Assembly: GCF_964355755.1 (NCBI RefSeq) | Contig: NC_092670.1 | Span: 27,702,388-27,766,387 of the forward strand | Reading direction: 5' to 3' | DNA: 64,000 nt | From: Antedon mediterranea | Lineage: Eukaryota; Animalia; Echinodermata | In this document: positions 1 to 11,179 of the stretch, piece after piece | How positions within the stretch are numbered: position 1 is the first letter of the stretch | Layout of the letters: every line of letters starts with the position of its first letter | Made by a program: the position numbers and the translations under genes | Notes under the pieces: model-generated | Databases searched by the model: none | Told to the model about the DNA's origin: nothing | Seen by the model: the letters and a program-made list of their open reading frames with translations, nothing else

Positions 1-88
1 TGTTAACAACTTTTTTAGAAAATCACAAAATGGTATAAAACGTCTCCAAATACGATTTGAAGCAATTCTAAGCACTTTGGTGTTTTTA

Positions 89-176
89 TGTTAACAAGTT
101 TTTTCGAAAATCACAAAATGGTCTAAAATGTCTCCAAATGCGATTTTAAGGTATTCTAAGCACTTTGGTGTTTTTA
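89..176 (+). repeat. Example of a near-consensus 88-bp monomer (type A)
   Basis: TGTTAAC starts at 1 and 89, and the variant TGGTAAC starts at 177. The consensus carries TGTTAACA, TTTTCGAAAA and CAAAT-GCG-ATTTG dyads and three CpGs. Confidence 0.97.
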
Positions 177-428
177 TGGTAACGAGTTATTTTGAAAATC
201 ACAAAATGGTCTAAAACGTCTCCAAATGCGATTTGAAGCTATTCTGTACACTTTGCTGTTTTGTGTGAATAATTTTTGTCAAAATGCTCAAAATGGTCAA
301 AAACGTTTTTAAATACTATATTAAGCTATTTTGTGCTCTTTGATGTTTTTGTGTGAAAAGTTTTATCGAAATGCTCAAAATGGTCTAAAACGGTTTCTAA
401 TGTGATTTTAAGCACTTTGATGTTTTTA
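177..428 (+). repeat. Divergent three-monomer cassette A'-B-C (87+88+77 = 252 bp); first of dozens of copies
   Basis: A' ends CTGTACACTTTGCTGTTTTG (177-263). B begins TGTGAATAAT and contains AAAAACGTTTTT (264-351). C begins TGTGAAAAG, contains CGGTTTCTAATGTGATTTTAAGC and lacks 10 bp of the AAGCTATTCTAAGC segment (352-428). Confidence 0.95.
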
Positions 429-3034
429 TGTTAACAACTTTTTTAGAAAATTACAAAATGGTGTAAAACGTCTCCAAATGCGATTTGAAGCTATTCTAAG
501 CAATTTGGTGTTTTTATGTTAACAAGTTTTTTCGAAAATCACAAAATGGTCTAAAACGTCTCCAAATGCGATTTGAAGCTATTCTAAGCACTTTTGTGTT
601 TTTATGTTAACAAGTTTTTTCGAAAATCACAAAATGGTCTAAAATGTCTCCAAATGCGATTTGAAGCTTTTCTAAGCACTTTTGTGTTTTTATGTTTACA
701 AGTTTTTTCGAAAATCACAAAATGGTCTAAAACGTCTCCAAATGCGATTTGAAGCTATTCTGTACACTTTGCTGTTTTGTGTGAATAATTTTTGTCAAAA
801 TGCTCAAAATGGTCAAAAACGTTTTTAAATACTATATTAAGCTATTTTGTGTTCTTTGATGTTTTTATGTGAAAAGTTTTATCGAAATGCTCAAAATGGT
901 CTAAAACGGTTTCTAATGTGATTTTAAGAACTTTGATGTTTTTATGTTAAAAACTTTTTTAGAAAATCACAAAATGGTCTAAAACGTCTCCAAATGCGAT
1001 TTGAAGCAATTCTAAGCACTTTGGTGTTTTTATGTTAACACGTTTTTTCGAAAATCACAAAATGGTCTAAAACGTCTCCAAATGCGATTTGAAGCTATTC
1101 TAAGCACTTTTGTGTTTTTATGTTAACAAGTTTTTTCGAAAATCACAAAATGGTCTAAAATGTCTCCAAATGCGATTTTAAGGTATTCTAAGCACTTTGG
1201 TGTTTTTATGTTAACAAGTTTTTTTGAAAATCACAAAATGGTCTAAAACGTCTACAAATGCGATTTGAAGCTATTCTAAGCACTTTGGTGTTTTTATGTT
1301 AACAAGTTTTTTCGAAAATCACAAAATGGTATAAAACGTCTCCAAATGCGATTTGAAGATTTTCTAAGCACTTTGGTGTTTTTATGTTTACAAGTTTTTT
1401 CGAAAATCACAAAATGGTCTAAAACGTCTCCAAATGCGATTTGAAGCTATTCTGTACACTTTGCTGTTTTGTGTGAATAATTTTGTCAAAATGCTCAAAA
1501 TGGTCAAAAACGTTTTTAAATACTATATTAAGCTATTTTGTGTTCTTTGATGTTTTTGTGTGAAAAGTTTTATCGAAATGCTCAAAATGGTCTAAAACGG
1601 TTTCTAATGAAATGATTTTAAGAACTTTGATGTTTTTATGTTAACAACTTTTTTAGAAAATCACAAAATGGTCTAAAACGTCTCCAAATGCGATTTGAAG
1701 CAATTCTAAGCACTTTGGTGTTTTTATGTTAACAAGTTTTTTCGAAAATCACAAAATGGTATAAAACCTCTCCAAATACGATTTTAAGGTATTCTAAGCA
1801 CTTTGGTGTTTTTATGTTAACAAGTTTGTTCGAAAATCACAAAATGGTCTAAAACGTCTACAAATGCGATTTGAAGCTATTCTAAGCACTTTGGTGTTTT
1901 TATGTTAACAAGTTTTTTCGAAAATCACAAAATGGTATAAAACGTCTCCAAATGAGATTTTAAGGTATTCTAAGCACTTTGGTGTTTTTATGTTAACAAG
2001 TTTTTTCGAAAATCACAAAATGGTCTAAAACGTCTACAAATGCGATTTGAAGCTATTCTAAGCACTTTGGTGTTTTTATGTTAACAAGTTTTTTCGAAAA
2101 TCACAAAATGGTATAAAACGTCTCCAAATGCGATTTTAAGCTATTCTAAGCAATTTGGTGTTTTTATGTTAACAAGTTTTTTCGAAAATCACAAAATGGT
2201 CGAAAATGTCACAAAATGCGATTTGAAGCTATTCTAAGCACTTTGGTGTTATTATGTTAACAAGTTTTTTCGAAAATCACAAATTGGTCTAAAACGTCTC
2301 CAAATGCGATTTGAAGCTATTTTAAGCACTTTGGTGTTTTTGTGTAACCAAGTTTTTTCGAAAATCACAAAAGGGTCTAAAATGTCTATAAATGCGATTT
2401 GAAGCTATTCTGTACACTTTGATGTTTTTTTGTTAACAAGTTTTTTCGAAAGTCACAAAATGGTCTAAAACGTCTCTAAATGCGATTTGAAGCTATTCTA
2501 AGCACTTTGGTGTTTTTATGTTAACAAGTTTTTTCGAAAATCACAAAATGGTGTAAAACGTCTCCAAATGCGATTTGAAGCTATTCTAAGCACTTTGGTG
2601 TTTTTATGTTAACAAGTTTTTTCGAAAATCACAAAATGGTGTAAAACTTCTCCAAATACGATTTTAAGCTATTCTAAGCAATTTGGTGTTTTTATGTTAA
2701 CAAGTTTTTTCGAAAATCACAAAATGGTCTAAAACGTCTCCAAATGCGATTTGAAGCTATTCTGTACACTTTGCTGTTTTGTGTGAATAATTTTTGTTGA
2801 AATGCTCAAAATGGTCAAAAACGTTTTTAAATACTATATTAAGCTATTTTGTGTTCTTTGATGTTTTTGTGTGAAAAGTTTTATCGAAATGCTCAAAATG
2901 GTCTAAAACGGTTTCTAATGTGATTTTAAGCACTTTGGTGTTTTTATGTTAACAAGTTTTTTCGAAAATCACAAAATGGTCTAAAATGTCTCCAAATGCG
3001 ATTTGAAGCTTTTCTAAGCACTTTGGTGTTTTTA

Positions 3035-3386
3035 TGTTAACAAGTTTTTTCGAAAATCACAAAATGGTCTAAAACGTCTCCAAATGTGATTTGAAGCTAT
3101 TCTAAACACTTTGGTGTTTTTATGTTAACAAGTTTTTTCGAAAATCACAAATTGGTCTAAAACGTCTCCAAATGCGATTTGAAGCTATTTTAAGCACTTT
3201 GGTGTTTTTGTGTAACCAAGTTTTTTCGAAAATCACAAAAGGGTCTAAAATGTCTCAAAATGCGATTTGAAGCTATTCTGTACACTTTGATGTTTTTTTG
3301 TTAACAAGTTTTTTCGAAAGTCACAAAATGGTCTAAAAAGTCTCCAAATGCGATTTGAAGCTATTCTAAGCACTTTGGTGTTTTTA
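3035..3386 (+). repeat. Second fixed-order cassette of four SNP-marked 88-bp monomers, recurring throughout the window
   Basis: Ordered markers: AAATGTGAT..TCTAAACAC, then CAAATTGG..TATTTTAAG, then GTGTAACC..AAAAGGG..CTCAAAA..CTGTACACTTTGATG, then GAAAGTCAC. The same order is seen near 6000, 6780, 11900, 14330, 15100, 22800, 25040, 37300, 49050, 54270 and 62020. Confidence 0.9.
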
Positions 3387-3433
3387 TGTTAACAGGTTTT
3401 ATCGAAAATCACAAAATGGTGTAAAACGTCTCC

Positions 3434-6400
3434 AAATGCGATTTGAAGCTATTCTAAGCACTTTGGTGTTTTTATGTTAACAAGTTTTTTTCGAAAATCA
3501 CAAAATGGTGTAAAACGTCTCCAAATGCGATTTTAAGCTATTCTAAGCAATTTGGTGTTTTTATGTTAACAAGTTTTTTCGAAAATCACAAAATGGTCTA
3601 AAACGTCTCCAAATGCGATTTGAAGCTATTCTGTACACTTTGCTGTTTTGTGAGAATAATTTTTGTCGAAATGCTCAAAATGGTCAAAAACGTTTTTAAA
3701 TACGATATTAAGCTATTTTGTGCTCTTTGATGTTTTTGTGTGAAAAGTTTTATCGAAATGCTCAAAATGGTCTAAAACGGTTTCTAATGTGATTTTAAGC
3801 ACTTTGATGTTTTTATGTTAACAACTTTTTTAGAAAATTACAAAATGGTGTAAAACGTCTCCAAATGCGATTTGAAGCTATTCTAAGCAATTTCGTGTTT
3901 TTATGTTAACAAGTTTTTTCGAAAATCACAAAATGGTCTAAAACGTCTCCAAATGCGATTTGAAGCTATTCTAAGCACTTTTGTGTTTTTATGTTAACAA
4001 GTTTTTTCGAAAATCACAAAATGGTCTAAAATGTCTCCAAATGCGATTTTAAGGTATTCTAAGCACTTTGGTGTTTTTATGTTAACAAGTTTTTTCGAAA
4101 ATCACAAAATGGTCTAAAACGTCTACAAATGCGATTTGAAGCTATTCTAAGCACTTTGGTGTTTTTATGTTAACAAGTTTTTTCGAAAATTACAAAATGG
4201 TATAAAACGTCTCCAAATGCGATTTGAAGATTTTCTAAGCACTTTGGTGTTTTTATGTTTACAAGTTTTTTCGAAAATCACAAAATGGTCTAAAACGTCT
4301 CCAAATGCGATTTGAAGCTATTCTGTACACTTTGCTGTTTTGTGTGAATAATTTTGTCAAAATGCTCAAAATGGTCAAAAACGTTTTTAAATACTATATT
4401 AAGCTATTTTGTGTTCTTTGATGTTTTTGTGTGAAAAGTTTTATCGAAATGCTCAAAATGGTCTAAAACGGTTTCTAATGAAATGATTTTAAGAACTTTG
4501 ATGTTTTTATGTTAACAACTTTTTTAGAAAATCACAAAATGGTCTAAAACGTCTCCAAATGCGATTTGAAGCAATTCTAAGCACTTTGGTGTTTTTATGT
4601 TAACAAGTTTTTTCGAAAATCACAAAATGGTATAAAACCTCTCCAAATGCGATTTTAAGGTATTCTAAGCACTTTGGTGTTTTTATGTTAACAAGTTTTT
4701 TCGAAAATCACAAAATGGTCTAAAACGTCTACAAATGCGATTTGAAGCTATTCTAAGCACTTTGGTGTTTTTATGTTAACAAGTTTTTTCGAAAATCACA
4801 AAATGGTATAAAACGTCTCCAAATGAGATTTTAAGGTATTCTAAGCACTTTGGTGTTTTTATGTTAACAAGTTTTTTCGAAAATCACAAAATGGTCTAAA
4901 ACGTCTACAAATGCGATTTGAAGCTATTCTAAGCACTTTGGTGTTTTTATGTTAACAAGTTTTTTCGAAAATCACAAAATGGTATAAAACGTCTCCAAAT
5001 GCGATTTTAAGCTATTCTAAGCAATTTGGTGTTTTTATGTTAACAAGTTTTTTCGAAAATCACAAAATGGTCGAAAATGTCACAAAATGCGATTTGAAGC
5101 TATTCTAAGCACTTTGGTGTTATTATGTTAACAAGTTTTTTCGAAAATCACAAATTGGTCTAAAACGTCTCCAAATGCGATTTGAAGCTATTTTAAGCAC
5201 TTTGGTGTTTTTGTGTAACCAAGTTTTTTCGAAAATCACAAAATGGTGTAAAACGTCTCCAAATGCGATTTGAAGCTATTCTAAGCACTTTGCTGTTTTG
5301 TGTGAATAATTTTTGTCGAAATGCTCAAAATGGTCAAAAACGTTTTTAAATACGATATTAAGCTATTTTGTGCTCTTTGATGTTTTTGTGTGAAAAGTTT
5401 TATCGAAATGCTCAAAATGGTCTAAAACGGTTTCTAATGTGATTTTAAGCACTTTGATGTTTTTATGTTAACAACTTTTTTAGAAAATCACAAAATGGTC
5501 TAAAACGTCTCCAAATGCGATTTGAAGCAATTCTAAGCACTTTGGTGTTTTTATGGTAACGAGTTATTTCGAAAATCACAAAATGGTCTAAAACGTCTCC
5601 AAATGCGATTTGAAGCTATTCTGTACACTTTGCTGTTTTGTGTGAATAATTTTTGTCAAAATGCTCAAAATGGTCAAAAACGTTTTTTAATACTATATTA
5701 AGCTATTTTGTGCTCTTTGATGTTTTTGTGTGAAAAGTTTTATCGAAATGCTCAAAATGGTCTAAAACGGTTTCTAATGTGATTTTAAGCACTTTGATGT
5801 TTTTATGTTAACAACTTTTTTAGAAAATTACAAAATGGTGTAAAACGTCTCCAAATGCGATTTGAAGCTATTCTAAGCACTTTGGTGTTTTTATGGTAAC
5901 GAGTTTTTTTGAATATCACAAAATGGTCTAAAATGTCTCCAAATGCGATTTGAAGCTTTTCTAAGCACTTTGGTGTTTTTATGTTAACAAGTTTTTTCGT
6001 AAATCACAAAATGGTCTAAAACGTCTCCAAATGTGATTTGAAGCTATTCTAAACACTTTGGTGTTTTTATGTTAACAAGTTTTTTCGAAAATCACAAATT
6101 GGTCTAAAACGTCTCCAAATGCGATTTGAAGCTAGTTTAAGCACTTTTGTGTTTTTGTGTAACCAAGTTTTTTCGAAAATCACAAAAGGGTCTAAAATGT
6201 CTCAAAATGCGATTTGAAGCTATTCTGTACACTTTGATGTTTTTTTTGTTAACAAGTTTTTTCGAAAGTCACAAAATGGTCTAAAACGTCTCCAAATGCG
6301 ATTTGAAGCTATTCTAAGCACTTTGGTGTTTTTATGTTAACAAGTTTTTTCGAAAATCACAAAATGGTGTAAAACGTCTCCAAATGCGATTTGAAGCTAT

Positions 6401-8944
6401 TCTAAGCAATTTGGTGTTTTTATGTTAACAAGTTTTTTCGAAAATCACAAAATGGTGTAAAACGTCTCTAAATGCGATTTTAAGCTATTCTAAGCAATTT
6501 GGTGTTTTTTTATGTTAACAAGTTTTTTCGAAAATCACAAAATGGTCTAAAACGTCTCCAAATGCGATTTGAAGCTATTCTGTACACTTTGCTGTTTTGT
6601 GAGAATAATTTTTGTCGAAATGCTCAAAATGGTCAAAAACGTTTTTAAATACGATATTAAGCTATTTTGTGCTCTTTGATGTTTTTGTGTGAAAAGTTTT
6701 ATCGAAATGCTCAAAATGGTCTAAAACGGTTTCTAATGTGATTTTAAGCACTTTGGTGTTTTTATGTTAACAAGTTTTTTCGAAAATCACAAAATGGTCT
6801 AAAACGTCTCCAAATGTGATTTGAAGCTATTCAAAACACTTTGGTGTTTTTATGTTAACAAGTTTTTTCGAAAATCACAAATTGGTCTAAAACGTCTCCA
6901 AATGCGATTTGAAGCTATTTTAAGCACTTTGGTGTTTTTGTGTAACCAAGTTTTTTCGAAAATCACAAAAGGGTCTAAAATGTCTCAAAATGCGATTTGA
7001 AGCTATTCTGTACACTTTGATGTTTTTTTGTTAACAAGTTTTTTCGAAAGTCACAAAATGGTCTAAAACGTCTCCAAATGCGATTTGAAGCTATTCTAAG
7101 CACTTTGCTGTTTTGTGTGAATAATTTTTGTCGAAATGCTCAAAATGGTCAAAAACGTTTTTAAATACGATATTAAGCTATTTTGTGCTCTTTGATGTTT
7201 TTGTGTGAAAAGTTTTATCGAAATGCTCAAAATGGTCTAAAACGGTTTCTAATGTGATTTTAAGCACTTTGATGTTTTTATGTTAACAACTTTTTTAGAA
7301 AATCACAAAATGGTCTAAAACGTCTCCAAATGCGATTTGAAGCAATTCTAAGCACTTTGGTGTTTTTATGGTAACGAGTTTTTTTGAATATCACAAAATG
7401 GTCTAAAATGTCTCCAAATGCGATTTGAAGCTTTTCTAAGCACTTTGGTGTTTTTATGTTAACAAGTTTTTTCGAAAATCACAAAATGGTCTAAAACGTC
7501 TCCAAATGCGATTTGAAGCTATTCTGTACACTTTGCTGTTTTGTGTGAATAATTTTTGTCGAAATGCTCAAAATGGTCAAAAACGTTTTTAAATACGATA
7601 TTAAGCTATTTTGTGCTCTTTTATGTTTTTGTGTGAAAAGTTTTATCGAAATGCTCAAAATGGTCTAAAACGGTTTCTAATGTGATTTTAAGCACTTTGA
7701 TGTTTTTATGTTAACAACTTTTTTAGAAAATCACAAAATGGTCTAAAACGTCTCCAAATGCGATTTGAAGCAATTCTAAGCACTTTGGTGTTTTTATGGT
7801 AACGAGTTTTTTTGAATATCACAAAATGGTCTAAAATGTCTCCAAATGCGATTTGAAGCTTTTCTAAGCAATTTGGTGTTTTTATGGTAACGAGTTATTT
7901 CGAAAATCACAAAATGGTCTAAAACGTCTCCAAATGCGATTTGAAGCTATTCTGTACACTTTGCTGTTTTGTGTGAATAATTTTTGTCAAAATGCTCAAA
8001 ATGGTCAAAAACGTTTTTAAATACTATATTAAGCTATTTTGTGCTCTTTGATGTTTTTGTGTGAAAAGTTTTATCGAAATGCTCAAAATGGTCTAAAACG
8101 GTTTCTAATGTGATTTTAAGCACTTTGATGTTTTTATGTTAACAACTTTTTTAGAAAATTACAAAATGGTGTAAAACGTCTCCAAATGCGATTTGAAGCT
8201 ATTCTAAGCAATTTGGTGTTTTTATGTTAACAAGTTTTTTCGAAAATCACAAAATGGTCTAAAACGTCTCCAAATGCGATTTGAAGCTATTCTAAGCACT
8301 TTTGTGTTTTTATGTTAACAAGTTTTTTCGAAAATCACAAAATGGTCTACAACGTCTCCAAATGCGATTTGAAGATATTCTAAGCACTTTGGTGTTTTTA
8401 TGTTAACAAGTTTTTTCGAAAATCACAAAGTGGTATAAAACGTCTCCAAATGCGATTTTAAGGTATTCTAAGCACTTTGGTGTTTTTATGTTAACAAGTT
8501 TTTTCGAAAATCACAAAATGGTCTAAAACGTCTCCAAATGTGATTTGAAGCTATTCTAAACACTTTGGTGTTTTTATGTTAACAAGTTTTTTCGAAAATC
8601 ACAAATTGGTCTAAAACGTCTCCAAATGCGATTTGAAGCTATTTTAAGCACTTTGGTGTTTTTGTGTAACCAAGTTTTTTCGAAAATCACAAAAGGGTCT
8701 AAAATGTCTCAAAATGCGATTTGAAGCTATTCTGTACACTTTGATGTTTTTATGTTAACAACTTTTTTAGAAAATCACAAAATGGTCTAAAACGTCTCCA
8801 AATGCGATTTGAAGCAATTCTAAGCACTTTGGTGTTTTTATGGTAACGAGTTTTTTTGAATATCACAAAATGGTCTAAAATGTCTCCAAATGCGATTTGA
8901 AGCTTTTCTAAGCACTTTGGTGTTTTTATGTTAACAAGTTTTTT
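3434..8944 (+). repeat. Dispersed block duplication, ~5.5 kb, copied at ~39396-44906 (offset 35,962)
   Basis: Shared markers: 7-T tract at 3481/39443, AATGAAATGA at 4477/40439, TTCGTAAA at 6000/41962, TCAAAACAC at 6831/42793. Three substitutions noticed (41212, 42909, 43555). Confidence 0.92.
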
Positions 8945-11179
8945 CGAAAATCACAAAATGGTCTAAAACGTCTCCAAATGCGATTTGAAGCTATTCTGTA
9001 CACTTTGCTGTTTTGTGTGAATAATTTTTGTCGAAATGCTCAAAATGGTCAAAAACGTTTTTAAATACGATATTAAGCTATTTTGTGCTCTTTGATGTTT
9101 TTCTGTGAAAAGTTTTATCGAAATGCTCAAAATGGTCTAAAACGGTTTCTAATGTGATTTTAAGCACTTTGATGTTTTTATGTTAACAACTTTTTTAGAA
9201 AATCATAAAATGGTCTAAAACGTCTCCAAATGCGATTTGAAGCAATTCTAAGCACTTTGGTGTTTTTATGGTAACGAGTTTTTTTGAATATCACAAAATG
9301 GTCTAAAACGTCTCCAAATGCGATTTGAAGCTTTTCTAAGCACTTTGGTGTTTTTATGTTTACAAGTTTTTTCGAAAATCACAAAATGGTCTAAAACGGC
9401 TCCAAATACGATTTGAAGCTATTCTAAGCACTTTGGTGTTTTTATGTTAACAAGTTTTTTCGAAAATCACAAAATGGTCTAAAACGTCTCCAAATGCGAT
9501 TTGAAGCTATTCTAAGCACTTTTGTGTTTTTATGTTAACAAGTTTTTTCGAAAATCACAAAATGGTCTAAAATGTCTCAAAATGCGATTTGAAGCTATTC
9601 TGTACACTTTGATGTTTTTTTGTTAACAAGTTTTTTCGAAAGTCACAAAATGGTCTAAAACGTCTCCAAATGCGATTTGAAGCTATTCTAAGCACTTTGG
9701 TGTTTTTATGTTAACAAGTTTTTTCGAAAATCACAAAATGGTGTAAAACGTCTCCAAATGCGATTTGAAGCTATTCTAAGCACTTTGGTGTTTTTATGTT
9801 AACAAGTTTTTTCGAAAATCACAAAATGGTCTAAAACGTCTCCAAATGCGATTTGAAGCTATTCTGTACACTTTGCTGTTTTGTGTGAATAATTTTTGTT
9901 GAAATGCTCAAAATGGTCAAAAACGTTTTTAAATACGATATTAAGCTATTTTGTGCTCTTTGATGTTTTTGTGTGAAAAGTTTTATCGAAATGCTCAAAA
10001 TGGTCTAAAACGGTTTCTAATGTGATTTTAAGCACTTTGGTGTTTTTATGTTAACAAGTTTTTTCGAAAATCACAAAATGGTCTAAAATGTCTCCAAATG
10101 CGATTTGAAGCTTTTCTAAGCACTTTGGTGTTTTTATGTTAACAAGTTTTTTCGAAAATCACAAAATGGTCTAAAACGTCTCCAAATGTGATTTGAAGCT
10201 ATTCTAAACACTTTGGTGTTTTTATGTTAACAAGTTTTTTCGAAAATCACAAATTGGTCTAAAACGTCTCCAAATGCGATTTGAAGCTATTTTAAGCACT
10301 TTGGTGTTTTTGTGTAACCAAGTTTTTTCGAAAATCACAAAAGGGTCTAAAATGTCTCAAAATGCGATTTGAAGCTATTCTAAGCACTTTGGTGTTTTTA
10401 TGTTAACAAGTTTTATCGAAAATCACAAAATGGTGTAAAACGTCTCCAAATGCGATTTGAAGCTATTCTAAGCAATTTGGTGTTTTTATGTTAACAAGTT
10501 TTTTCGAAAATCACAAAATGGTCTAAAACGTCTCCAAATGCGATTTGAAGCTATTCTGTACACTTTGCTGTTTTGTGTGAATAATTTTGTCAAAATGCTC
10601 AAAATGGTCAAAAACGTTTTTAAATACTATATTAAGCTATTTTGTGTTCTTTGATGTTTTTGTGTGAAAAGTTTTATCGAAATGCTCAAAATGGTCTAAA
10701 ACGGTTTCTAATGAAATGATTTTAAGAACTTTGATGTTTTTATGTTAACAACTTTTTTAGAAAATCACAAAATGGTCTAAAACGTCTCCAAATGCGATTT
10801 GAAGCAATTCTAAGCACTTTGGTGTTTTTATGTTAACAAGTTTTTTCGAAAATCACAAAATGGTATAAAACCTCTCCAAATGCGATTTTAAGGTATTCTA
10901 AGCACTTTGGTGTTTTTATGTTAACAAGTTTTTTCGAAAATCACAAAATGGTCTAAAACGTCTACAAATGCGATTTGAAGCTATTCTAAGCACTTTGGTG
11001 TTTTTATGTTAACAAGTTTTTTCGAAAATCACAAAATGGTATAAAACGTCTCCAAATGCGATTTTAAGCTATTCTAAGCAATTTGGTGTTTTTATGTTAA
11101 CAAGTTTTTTCGAAAATCACAAAATGGTCGAAAATGTCACAAAATGCGATTTGAAGCTATTCTAAGCACTTTGGTGTTA

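Larger units (their letters stand above)
1..3338 (+). repeat. Dispersed block duplication: 1-~3338 is copied at 51196-~54533 (offset 51,195); a shorter copy of 1-~1300 lies at 26219-~27520 (offset 26,218)
   Basis: Rare markers coincide at the offset: AATGAAATGA at 1606/52801, CAAGTTTGTTCG at 1821/53016, and the start TGTTAACAAC..GGTATAA..ATACGA at 1/26219/51196. One difference seen (CTCTAAA near 2477). Confidence 0.9.

Noticed and set aside
31-40. TATA-like promoter motif (GGTATAAAA variant) and T-tract terminators
   Set aside because: These are single-base variants of GGTCTAAAA in AT-rich repeat DNA, with no downstream gene or other support.
102-118. CENP-B box-like motif starting TTCG
   Set aside because: TTTCGAAAATCACAAAA has the TTCG but lacks the conserved A and CGGG of the NTTCGNNNNANNCGGGN consensus.
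6241-6515. Homopolymer length variants (T7/T8) as sequencing errors
   Set aside because: They recur at the same positions in paralogous blocks (e.g. ~14550/14820, ~16720/16985, ~42205/42470), so most are real inherited variants and are useful only as markers.
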